NCBI RefSeq assembly: GCF_902713615.1
Contig: NC_052158.1
Span: forward strand, 125,398,535-125,462,534
Direction of reading: 5' to 3'
Source of the DNA: Scyliorhinus canicula
Taxonomy: Eukaryota
DNA length: 64,000 nt
The notes beneath the pieces were generated by a model. That model made no database searches, had not been told where the DNA came from, and was given only the letters and a program-made list of their open reading frames with translations. Positions 25,301 to 36,864 of the stretch are shown in pieces (the stretch's first letter is position 1; every line of letters begins with the position of its first letter). The position numbers and the translations under genes are program-made.

Positions 25301-26636
25301 TCTTCAATGCGAAGATCTTCAATGCAACATCTAAATCTAAACATATAAGATTTCTTACTGTGCTCATCCCAGTCCAACGCCGGCATCTCCACATCATGGC
25401 TACCATCGACACCGCAAACTGCCGGCTCAAAGTGGAGAGGATCTCCAGGAAGATAGCGCATAGAGACACTGACATTAAGTTTCTACAAAGATGCAAAAAA
25501 GCAGACAAGATCCCAAAAGGGCTACAGATCACAAAACCACTAAAGTACAATTCACACCTCTTTAACCTGTGATTATCCCTGTCCCTGGATCTGTAATGAT
25601 TTGATTACCTGCAAATGCTCGCATTCCAAGCATTGTCCAGCATCTCTGACTTCGTCTATATAAATGTTTCTGGAACATACCTCGCCATTCACCTGAGGAA
25701 GGAGCTGCGCTCCGAGAGCTTGTGTTTCAAACAAACCTGTTGGACTTTAACCTGGTGTTGTAAGACTTCTTACTGTCCTCTAATTTGTTACAGTCCTCCT
25801 GAGTGTTTACTATTGCCCTGTTTGGTGACACCCACAAAATTTAGAAATTGTGTTTTTCATTCCAGTCTAAATGATTGATAGAAATTGTGAACAAGTGGTC
25901 CTAGCACTGATCCTTGTGTCTAAATAACTCCCCTTTAGCAAGTGTTGTACTGTGTTGTACTTCTGTGCTGTACTGTTCTATCTATCTATTCTATTAGCCC
26001 TAGACTCTTGTGTTATGTCTTGCAGCCAGCTAGTTATCCATTCTGCTCCTTGTCCAGCATGCTGACATTAAGCCTTGGTCAATTATGTGTAATATTATCT
26101 TGTGGAAATTAGATAAATATCATCTATTACATTATCCTGGTCTGCTTTTACCTTTGTTGAGAAACTCAAATACTTGAGGTTCGTAGGTCAGGATCTCCAG
26201 TCCCCAAAAAACCTCGTGCCCCCTGCTCATGCACTGGCCAGGAAATGTCCGCACCTGAACAGTTCAGTGGCTTTGCATTCTTTAGGTCCAGGACTGACCC
26301 CACCTAGAGATAGATCACCAAGAGGACAAATGACATGGAAGGGAATGTCAGTATGTTTATCTCCCATGCAGCACACCCCAAACCTCAGAGGGGACTGTCC
26401 TGGTAAGCATGAAGCCACAGGACAGAAATAGGTCCCTGAGATGAAGTTAAAGAAAGGAGCAGAGGAATAGGCTCTAAAGCACTGCAGGGGACAGACTTTA
26501 AGCAATGTTGGCACAGAAGGAGCCCTGAGGATCTGAGAAGGCAACAGTAGTTGGTGACTTCATACTGCACACCATTGGGCTCTTTTGAACAATGGTCTTC
26601 TGCCAGGCATGGCTGGAAAAACTTTTCCCTTTAGCT

Positions 26637-26667
<31 letters not shown>

Positions 26668-27149
26668 GTTTGAGGGGTTGTGAGGAAAAGCTTTTTCACC
26701 CAGAGGGTGATGGGAATCTGGAACACATTGCCTAAAAGGGTGGTAAAGACAGGAATCCTCGCATTGAAGGATTTAGATGAGCACTTGACATGCCATAACA
26801 TCCAGGGCTAATTGCAGGTAGTAATAGAATAATCGTGGCCAGCGCAGACACGATGGGCCAAAGGGCCTCTTTCTATGCTGTAAAACCTCTATGACTATCT
26901 GAAATTGTGCTTGGAAGGTGAAGCTCGAGTGTCCTCAGAGATCCAGGGAAAAATAATCTCCGAAAGCGAGGTTGAAACCCTGTGAAGTGGGTCATTGTTG
27001 AAGCCAGCCGAGCGGGATTGACGTGAAGATTGGAAATCCTTGTGAGAAAGATGTTTTAATAAAATTGGTTGGCTCACGACAAATATCTGGGTGCGTTGAT
27101 GCTAAATTAGTGGAATCTGTTTTGGTCGCCTCTGTAATCTTTTTATTTT

Positions 27150-27369
27150 TTATAAATTTAGATTAGCCAATTATTTTTTCCAATTAAGGGGCAATTTAGC
27201 GTGGCCAATCCACCGACTCTGCACATTTTTGGGTTGTGGGGGCGAAACCCACGCAGACACGGGGAGAACGTGCAAACTCCACACGGACAGTGACCCAGAG
27301 CCGGGATCGAACCTGGGACCTCAGCGCCGTGAGGCGGTTGTGCTAACCACTAGGCCACCGTGCTGCCCC
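27150..27369 (-). mobile_element. HE1 / V-SINE (full length)
   Basis: GGGCAGCACGGTGG head, V-domain, A-rich tail. Confidence 0.85.
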
Positions 27370-28565
27370 GTGTTCCATCTTAAATATTGATAATGTTAGC
27401 TGCTTGCCAGTCCTCTGGCATTGCACTGCTCCCAACAAGGTATTAATAATGTGTTGTCTCTATTCTTTCAAAATGTCAGGATGCATTCCATGCAGACAAT
27501 GGATTTTTCCACTTTCCCATCCCAACTGTTTTTACTTATACGTATGCTCACAGAATATTTTATCGTTTTGTTTTAGTCGCCGAGAATTTAATTCCCCTTT
27601 GCCTTTCTAATTGTTTTTTTTTATTTCTCCAACCTCTTCCTATTCACCCTCGTTGTGCATCTACTTACCATATGCCATTACTCACCCTCAATCTTTCCCT
27701 TGTACTTTTATTCATCCAAGGTTTCTCATTAGCGTTTCACAACATTTATTTTTCATGGACTCCATTTTACCGTTGCTGTTCTACATTGTTTGCCAATATT
27801 AATATCCATTTCAATTTCACAGGTTCTATTCTCAACCCCTCAAAATCAACTTTTCTCCAATTACTGATCTTTGTCACGCTTCCATCCTTTTTAAAGCATA
27901 TATTATGGTCATTATTGCCTAGATGCTTCCCAACGATTATTTCCCATCTGCTTCTGGTTCAATCACAATTACTGGATCCAGTAGCAAATTTTCTTGTAGT
28001 CTTCTTACATACTGGGTTAGAAAGGAGTCCTGTATCAATGTTGCAAATCCATTACTGTACCTTTGTAACTAATTCACTTTTGCATCGTTAAATTCCCCAT
28101 GGTCATCATTATATATTTTTTACTTCTTTTCCATGACTACCACCCCCATTAGTGTGATTGATCCATTTTACTTTTGACGTAGCCACAGGGATCTTATTTC
28201 ATTGATGGTTGTCACTTTTGTTTACTGCCCGTATGTTACCTCATAAAGCAGAAATTGACATCCCTTTTTACCCTCTATCTTTCCAAATTAAGTTTTATCC
28301 TCCAATGTTTAATTCCCAGCCTTAATTCTTCTGCAGCTATGCCCCATTCCTTCTAATATATCTAGCTCTTTGTAACATATTATTGCCTCCAGTTCCCATA
28401 AGAGAAGCTGGGATTCATAGAATTACTGCAGTGTAGGCCATTTGGCCCATCGAGCCTGCACCGACCCTCCAAAAGCAGTCTCCCACGGTCCATGTCCCCA
28501 TAACCCAACCTTTTGGACACAAAGGGGCAATTTAGCATGGCCAATCCACCTAACTTCATAGCTCT

Positions 28566-29088
28566 GTAAGAAGTCTTAAAACACCAGGTTAAAGTCCAAC
28601 AGGTGTGTTTCAAATCACTAGCTTTCGGAGCACTGCTCCTTCCTCAGGTGAAGAGGTGTGTTCCAGAAATATAGAGACAATGCTTTGAATGCGAGCATTT
28701 GCAGGTAATCAAGTCTTTACAGATCCAGAGATAGGGGTAACCCCAGGTTAAAGGTGTGAATTGTCTCAAGCCAGGACAGTTGGTAGGATTTTGCACGCCC
28801 AGGCCAGATGGTGGAGGATGAATGTAATGCAACATGAATCCAAGGTCCTGGTTGAGGCCGTACTCATGTGCGCGGAACTTGGCTATAAGTTTCTGCTCGG
28901 CGATTTTGCGTTGTCGCGCGTCCTGAAGGCTGCCTTGGAGAACGCTTATCCGGAGATCAGAGGCTGAATGCCCTTGACTGCTGGAGTGTTCCCCGACTGG
29001 AAGGGAGCATTCCTGCCTGGCGATTGTTGCACGATGTCCGTTCATCCGTTGTCGCAGCGTCTGCATGATCTCGCCAATGTACCACACT
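28566..29088 (-). mobile_element. Penelope-like element 3' fragment (GIY-YIG C-terminus + pLTR)
   Basis: WYIGEIMQTLRQRMNGH...VGEH...H.ASDL...R..AEQKLI.KF...GLN. Confidence 0.85.
28615..28651 (-). ncRNA. Minimal type I hammerhead ribozyme (intact core)
   Basis: UCAC-CUGAGGA-A-GGAGC AGU GCUCC-GAAA-GC-UA-GUGA; stem I UCAC/GUGA; palindromic AGCU stem III. Confidence 0.75.
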
Positions 29089-29961
29089 TCGGTAATTCAG
29101 AAAAATACACATGAATCTTTCCTTCCAAATTGTATCTTGCATACTAAATACAAGATGTTTTCAGAAAGTGAATCATCAAACTGCACAGGCCATTTGGTTC
29201 ATTAAGTATGTGTCATGTCTTTCGCATAGGACTCCAGTTAGTCCCTCACTTTTTCTCCTTTTAAGTATTTATCCAATTTCCCTTTGAAGGCTACTTTTGT
29301 ATCTGGATCTACATCAGGCACTGCATTCCAAATTCTGAGCACTTGTTACATTTATCCGCATGGCGCTTCCGGTTTTGCCAAACACTTTAAATATAGGCCC
29401 TATGGTTACTGACACCATCTATCGAAAGATTTCTCCACCTGAACTCAGGATTTTAAACATTTCTAACAAAATCCTGCTGAGTTTTCTCCAAGAAGCACAA
29501 GCCCAGCTTCTCATTCTGCCCACATAACTGTAATCATTCAATCCCTGGAATCATTTTAGTAAATCTCTTCTGTTCATTCTCAAAAGCTTTCATGCCCGTC
29601 CTAAATTGTAGTGCCCAATAATGCACACCATACTCCAGCTGATGCTGAACTAGTGTTTTACAGTATACATGTCCAGCATAGTGTCCTAGCGTTTTCAGAT
29701 TTAACATCTATTTGTAAAGCCCAGGATCCCATACTTGATCAAATGGTTCTGCCGAAATCAAAAAATTAAACGGGGCAATGCAGCTGCGCATCCTTTGTAA
29801 CCTTTATTACGAAAACTGTAATTTTAAACATTAATGCTCATAACAAACACATTGATAAAGTGAGTCACGCAAATCATATATTTGTCACTTTTAAGCGGTA
29901 TTCCAAGATCGTGTGTATGCACACACAAAGACAAAACCAGGCAACTTAGATGATTTTGTTA

Positions 29962-29967
29962 TTTATT
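29962..29967 (-). terminator. RPL35A: RPL35A polyadenylation signal AATAAA
   Basis: 23 nt downstream of the stop codon. Confidence 0.85.
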
Positions 29968-29990
29968 GTCAATTTATGTACAGTTGGGTT

Positions 29991-30014
29991 TTAAATCCTT
30001 GATGGGTACATCAT
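29991..30014 (-). CDS. RPL35A: 60S ribosomal protein L35a, exon 5 (MMYPSRI*)
   Basis: Polypyrimidine tract TCTTTTTCTTTTCCAG acceptor; conserved C-terminus. Confidence 0.95.
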   Translation of the reverse strand: MMYPSRI

Positions 30015-31161
30015 CTGGAAAAGAAAAAGAAAAAGTTCAAGACAAAATAGAAAACGAGCCGTCCATAAACAGCCTAATGTTTACATCAAACAAGTCACAA
30101 TTTAAGCTATGTTTACAAGGAGAAACACACATGCCAGCTACTACGTGATTTAGTGCCATCAGTGGCCATTTCATTTAAATACACATAATATAATCAAAAT
30201 TAAGCAAACACTGGATTTCCATATTTTCCAATTTCTGCTTTGTACAATTGAGATAGACTGACAAAAAATTAAGATCCCCCAGTCAAGGTTCTTTTATCAA
30301 TGATTGCCTCAACTGACAACAGTCCAAGCCAAATCTAGAAGATAGATAGTGCTAGTTTTCTTCAAAAACATCCCAAAATATATTTACTCAGCATGCCAAC
30401 TGTACCTCTTGTGGTTAAGACTATACCAAACCTAGCTGGACCAGAGTTGACTTTTGAATATCTGGGGCCACAACAAATGTAATGCAATTCTTTCCCCACT
30501 TAGGAAACTTGTCTAAATACTAAGTGATCTAAAATCTGAACACAAGTTAGCAACACTCGGCGAATATTATTTCCCTATAATTTTGCTACGCCGTCACGGA
30601 ATGAACGATATTCCCCCACTGGACATCTCAACATTATTTGTGGAAAATATCTGAGGTAACATATCATTTTAATTATATGATATACTACAGACTATTGATT
30701 GATATAACTTATGAGTAACCTAATCAGAACTTCAAAAACTATAATATGCAGCGATTCCATCATACAAAGTAATAAAGCTGCTGAACTACAATCTAAACTC
30801 TGTTTGGTTAAAACAGAATTTAGATAACTGAATATGCTAAAACAGCACCCATAAACCTATAGATTTCCAGACCACACAAGATGACCAAATAATACAGGTA
30901 CAGTGTCTCAAATCAGACTGCCCAAAAACTGAAGTTGTCTTAAAAACCAGACACGTTTATAGTGTGCTATTCATCACTTTTAATCCAGTGAAATAAAAAT
31001 AAAATCACCTGACAATTTGGCTAGGCGCTGCATTGGCATAATGTGGTGCCAGACTAACTATTGGCTTCAGGGACTGGTCTATTCCCATGCTCTGAGCAAC
31101 CCTTGACACACCCGACCCGGCTTGACCAGAACTGCCCAAACTGAAATTTGGCACAACCTCA

Positions 31162-31690
<529 letters not shown>

Positions 31691-32142
31691 TCCCAGTTTC
31701 TTTTCCCTGGGATCAGGGGACCAAACTGTTCACAATATTCCAGGTGCGGTCTAACTAGTATCTCAGCAATACCGTGGATGTGCCTTCACCATACGGACAC
31801 CAATGCTTCAAGACGCTTGGTCACTACCCACCTTCTGAATTGCAACTAGGAATGAGTAACAACCCTCACTTTTATGGGACCACACACCCTGCAAGAATAA
31901 ATATTAAAAACAAAATTGTACTACATTGCAAATGAAAAAACACTGCGGAAATGATCAAACCTTAATTTTAAACCCCATGAGATGATCTAAAGTCAGCGCT
32001 GAAAGAAACAATTTACAGTACAAGACTTCAATGTAATAGGGGTCTAAACCCCAACTAGAAATAATAATTTGTTCGATTTCTAACAGTGTAAGAAATTCAA
32101 TCAACCATACGAATTTGGCAATCTGGCATATTCTTAAACAAG

Positions 32143-32810
32143 GGGCAGCATGATGGTTAGTGCTGCTGCCTCAGAGCCAGGAACCCAGGTTCAATTCCAA
32201 CCTCGGGTGACAGTGTGGAGTTTTCACATGCTCACTGTGTCTGCTTGGGTTTCCTCCCTGTACTCCGGTTTCCTCCCACAGTCCAAGGATGTGTTGGTTA
32301 GATGGATTGGTAATGCTAAAATGCCCCTTAGTGTCCAAAGATTAGGTGAGGTTATGATGATGAGAATAATAATCTTCATTATTGCCACAAGTAGCCTTAC
32401 ATTAACACTGCAATGAAGTTACTGTGAAAATCCCCTTGTCGCCACATTCCAGCACTGTTCAGGAAGACAGAGGGAGAATTCAGCATGTACAAATCACCTA
32501 ACAGCACGTCTTTCGGGACTTGTGGGAGGAAACCGGAGCACCTGGAGGAAACCCAAGCAGACATGGGGAGAACACGAAAACCCCACACAGACAGTAACCC
32601 AAGCAGGAACCGAACCTGGGAACCTGGCGCTGTGATGCACCCAAGGGTGGGGGATTGGGTCCAGATATGAAAAATGAAAATCGCTTATTGTCACGAGTAG
32701 GCTTCAATGAGGTTACTGTGAAAAGCCCCCATGGTGCTCTTTCGGAGGGTTGGTGTAGACATGATGAGCTGAATGGCCTCATTCTGCACTGTAGGGATTC
32801 TGTGAACTGT
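32143..32810. mobile_element. Cluster of nested HE1/V-SINE and related SINE pieces
   Basis: V-domain copies on both strands. Confidence 0.75.
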
Positions 32811-33224
32811 TTAGGCAGGAGAACAACAGCAGGCATCTCAGTTGCAAGCTAACTGCATCTAAAGGTGCATTTTGCTTTTAAGGTTAAAGAAAAATCTATA
32901 AATAAATTGTGGTTGAATCAAATACTAGCCAAACACCAAGATCACATTGACTGCTATAACTACCAGTGCATCCGTACCATTAATCATTAAATAAAGATCG
33001 GAGAAGCGCAAATACAAACGGCGGGAGTTTGTCCCCTAGGGCAACAACGCGCTGGCAAGCGGGGCCAGAGCAACCACATGCGGGGACGGGAACTGTGTGC
33101 TTGGGCCTCTTTGAGGACATGCTGGGATATCCAGGTCAGGGGCAGATGTTGGTGGAAATGATCGCTGTCGCATGTATTTATCGGTGAACGCATGGGGGCA
33201 GGCGCGAGAGGCTGTGTGTGTGTG

Positions 33225-33373
33225 NNNNNNNNNNNNNNNNNNNNNNNNNNNNNNNNNNNNNNNNNNNNNNNNNNNNNNNNNNNNNNNNNNNNNNNNNNNN
33301 NNNNNNNNNNNNNNNNNNNNNNNNNNNNNNNNNNNNNNNNNNNNNNNNNNNNNNNNNNNNNNNNNNNNNNNNN
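33225..33373. other. Assembly gap at a (TG)n/(CA)n tract
   Basis: Run of N. Confidence 0.99.
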
Positions 33374-33546
33374 ACCACACCAATCCATACCCACGTTCAC
33401 CCACTCACATACACTGTCCCTCTTACACATCGGTCATTTTATTACTTAACATATACGTTGACAATTTATTGCTCAGCAGTAGTTTATTTCCTTAAAGCCC
33501 CAATTTTTCTTTTCTTTTTGAAATTAAGTTTGTTATGCCAAACCCT

Positions 33547-33842
33547 ATAGAACTATGGACCCCCTCCCAACAGTGCAGAAGGCCACTTGGCCCATTAAGC
33601 CTGCACTGACCCTCTGAAAGAGCACCCTAACCCCACCTAACCGTTGGAGGCTAAGGGGCAATTTAGCATGGCCAATGCACCCAACCTGCACATCTTTGGA
33701 CTGTGGGAGGAAACCGGAGCACACAGGAAACCCACACAGACACAGGGAGAAAGTACAAACCCTCACAGACAGTCATCCAAGACTGGAATTGAACCAGTGT
33801 CCCTGGCACTGTGAGGCAGCAGTGTTATCACTGCGCCACCCC
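33547..33842 (-). mobile_element. HE1 / V-SINE
   Basis: V-domain and CR1-like tail. Confidence 0.75.
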
Positions 33843-34102
33843 AATTTGCTAGAATTAATTCTAAACCTAATCAAATTTCAAAAGTGTGAGATAAATTCTG
33901 ATTTTCTGTCAAAGTGGAAAAATGTACACAAACCGACATTCTTATGCCATTACGAAGACAACAGTTGCAGCAAGCATTTGAAGTTAGTACTAAATAACCA
34001 CAGAGCCCAGAAACAACACCTGGAAGCACAGAAACAAGCGTCCCATCTCTTCAACAATGGCTGTGCATTACAGTGCGCACAATTCAAAATTAAGCATTCT
34101 TA

Positions 34103-34291
<189 letters not shown>

Positions 34292-35870
34292 TCAGAAATA
34301 ACGCAGATAAAAAGCAAAATAGTTTTTGAACACATAGGATCACAAAAGACAAAATGTTAAAGCTCAAAATGACAGTAAACATATCTACCCAAAATTATCA
34401 TTGCAGGTGCCAGCCCGGTGCATTTGCAGTATCTTTGCTCATTTTGAAAACATACAGGCCTGATCTGAAAATCTCACCATCTCCCCAGCGACTGCAGGTT
34501 TATACTTATTTCAAAAATCTTACCATAGAATTCCTACAGTGCAGACAGAGGACATTCAGCCCGCTGAAAGAGCACCGTCCACTTCCCCACAACCCCACCT
34601 AACCTACACATCTTTAGACATTAAGGGGAAATTTAGCATAGTGAATGCATCTAACCTGCACATCTTTAGACTGTGGGCAGAAACCGGAGCTGACACGGGG
34701 AGAAAGTGCAAACTCCACACAAATAGTCACCCAAATTGTGCCACCGCGCCAGGATGAAACGACGGGGAGAGCTGGAGTTGGCGAAAATACAGCCGCTCCC
34801 GCGCTGACATCACTTGACTCCCCACGAGCTGCTGTGGTGGGAGTTCAGTAGTCAATGAACATGATGCTATTATTACATAGGGGACTGTTGATGACGGTAA
34901 ATTGTCTACTGATCTTGTATGTCGTTGCTCATGGACTTTTAAAAAAATCACCCTTGTGAGCTAGATGTCGCTGATAAGGTCACTTTTATTGCCCACCTGT
35001 AACTGCCCTCAAGGGGAACAACAGTCCGGTGAATGTGTGGAGTTTGCACTTTCTCCCTGTTCCCCCCCCCCCCCCATCCCCAGTCCAAAAAATGTGCAGA
35101 TTAGGTGGATTGGCCATGTTAAATTGCCCCTCAGAGTCCAAACAGTCAGATGGCGTTACTGGGAAAGGGGTTTACCTCCCTTAAGGAAATGATGAAATTA
35201 GTTGAATAGCTAAAATAATCTGGTCAACGTTAATGACATTTAAAAAAATTCCTGGCTGTTTAATTCACTGAATTCAAATTCTTTTGCTGCTGGGGTAGAA
35301 TTTCAACTGGTACCGCCAGATCGTTAGACCAGGCGCCTGGAATATTAGAGCAGTAACCTAACCACTAGGCTGCCATAACCAGATTAATGTAATAACAGGG
35401 AAGTAATTTTTAAAAATACGTCACCAGATCCCCAGTTAAAAAGACAGAAGTAACCACAAATAGCCCTGTGAACAACAATTTATCTCACGCCACAGTAGGG
35501 CCTCGAATCATTTAAATTGAGCAGCTTGTCAAGGACGCCATTGAAATGTGAATTCAGAAATTTCAGGGCAGGAGGACGAATGAGGGATGCAACGAGAGGG
35601 TGGCTGATTATGGGAAACCTGGAAGGGTCTGTTGTGTTCTCTGAACACCTCCGGAATGACAATCCACAATGACAAGCAATGCATGCAACATGAACACGTT
35701 TCAACGAGGGCCCTGCTGTGTCTCTCCACCCCCCCCCCCCCCCCTCAAAAAAATCATATACTGGAGAGAGGAGATGCCAGCACAGCCGGGTTTTTTAAAA
35801 AATAAGCAACCCCCAACCCTCAGTTAAGTACGTAAGATGCAACTCCCCCAGCCCGGGGATTAGCACTTAC

Positions 35871-35881
35871 CTTCCAGGCAT
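35871..35881 (-). CDS. RPL35A: 60S ribosomal protein L35a, exon 2 coding part (MPGR); exon spans 35871-35907
   Basis: (CT)n tract + CAG acceptor, ATG CCT GGA AG|GTAAGT; 11+153+145+24 = 333 nt = 110 aa + stop. Confidence 0.93.
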
Positions 35882-36118
35882 TGCGAGCGCGCTCGGGGCA
35901 GCTGGATCTGGGAGCGAAAGAGAGAGAGAGAGAGAGAGACCGTCAATCACCCAGTACAATCCGCACGACATCGCAAACATCCCCAGCCGCACACCCTCCC
36001 CGATAACAAATAACTGAAGCGCATGCTGCCGTGCGCCGAGCCAAGCTGTTCTGAGCCGCCATTATGCCAGTAATAACGGTCAGAACAGCTTTTGGAAGCG
36101 AGCAGCGCTGATACTCAC

Positions 36119-36150
36119 CGCCCGCCCTGATAACAAGATGGAGGAAAAGG
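36119..36150 (-). promoter_or_regulatory. RPL35A: RPL35A non-coding exon 1 with 5'TOP/TCT initiator
   Basis: CCTTTTCCTCCATCTTG...GCG|GTGAGT in a CpG-rich segment; YY1-like CCATCTT. Confidence 0.85.
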
Positions 36151-36525
36151 CCGCTGCAAGGCAGGCCGGGAAATTAGCCGGCAGCGGCCAAAGCGGCAGA
36201 TTCACTCAAACTCAACCAAAGTAAACTGTAAAAACACAGGTAACATCATCGGATTGAATTTTTAAAAAATAATGCAGCGCAAAATTTGGAAAATGAATAG
36301 CCAAATTTTTGATTATATTTAACAGATCAAATATTCAATCTGCGAACCATCCCCTCCCCCCCAAGACAAGTGGCTGGCTGCAATTTATTTTGAAACGATA
36401 TTCATTTAAAATAGGTATAAATCCCCCGACTCATCGATGTCGGAACGTACTTGCTTGGTTAATGATAAACTTCCCTGCAGGGCAACTCCATGGACAGCTC
36501 AGGAAGCACTGTAAGGCCCCTAAGC

Positions 36526-36539
36526 GTTTCCATGGTAAC
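36526..36539. promoter_or_regulatory. RFX X-box
   Basis: GTTTCCATGGTAAC fits the GTTNCCATGGNAAC consensus, 20 nt upstream of the IQCG ATG. Confidence 0.75.
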
Positions 36540-36559
36540 ATGTCAATAATTGGGGCAAA

Positions 36560-36627
36560 ATGAACAGGGAAGATCTTTGTAACGTTCCCAATGCGATTAC
36601 ATCGGCCAACAATGACGGGACGAAAGA
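36560..36627 (+). CDS. IQCG: IQCG/DRC9 first coding exon (MNREDLCNVPNAITSANNDGTK)
   Basis: AAAATG start and GA|GTAAGT phase-2 donor compatible with the next exon; sequence itself not recognisably conserved. Confidence 0.6.
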
Positions 36628-36864
36628 GTAAGTTTATCTGTGAGAATTTCTGTGCAGGCATTTCTGATCTGAATAGGGAAATGCGCAGTCCAGCCAGGAT
36701 TTCGGCCACGTCTACAGGGTGGCTGATATGATTCCTGCCCTCTGCTGAGATCTCAACCTTGGCAACATTTAAAAAATAGACTTGCATTGATAGAGCCTCT
36801 TTCCTGAACACTTTTCATCTCAAACCACTTTAGGACCAATGAAGTGCATTTGAACTTCAAATTT

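Larger units (their letters stand above)
22335..25775 (+). mobile_element. Internally deleted Penelope-like element (inverted pLTR + pLTR + ORF N-terminus + pLTR), interrupted by a CR1
   Basis: Direct repeats 22420-22589 and ~25585-25775; ORF start MATIDTANCRLK...KFLQRCKKADKIPKGL at 25396; same terminal sequence follows the GIY-YIG ORF at 28566-28760. Confidence 0.8.

Noticed and set aside
26637-26666. Poly-G run of about 30 nt
   Set aside because: Homopolymer expansion next to a decayed CR1; length unreliable
27290-27369. tRNA-like A/B boxes (here and in many other copies)
   Set aside because: SINE heads running into V-domains, not tRNA genes
33154-33170. CAGCGATCATTTC (minus strand) similar to U3 snoRNA box A
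   Set aside because: No other U3 boxes follow; a short match is likely chance
34855-34895. SECIS-like ATGA...TGAT motif
   Set aside because: Helix II pairs poorly, no apical AA, and it is antisense within an intron
35480-35720. Possible H/ACA RNA in RPL35A intron 2
   Set aside because: ANANNA and ACA motifs are present, but I could not build convincing hairpins
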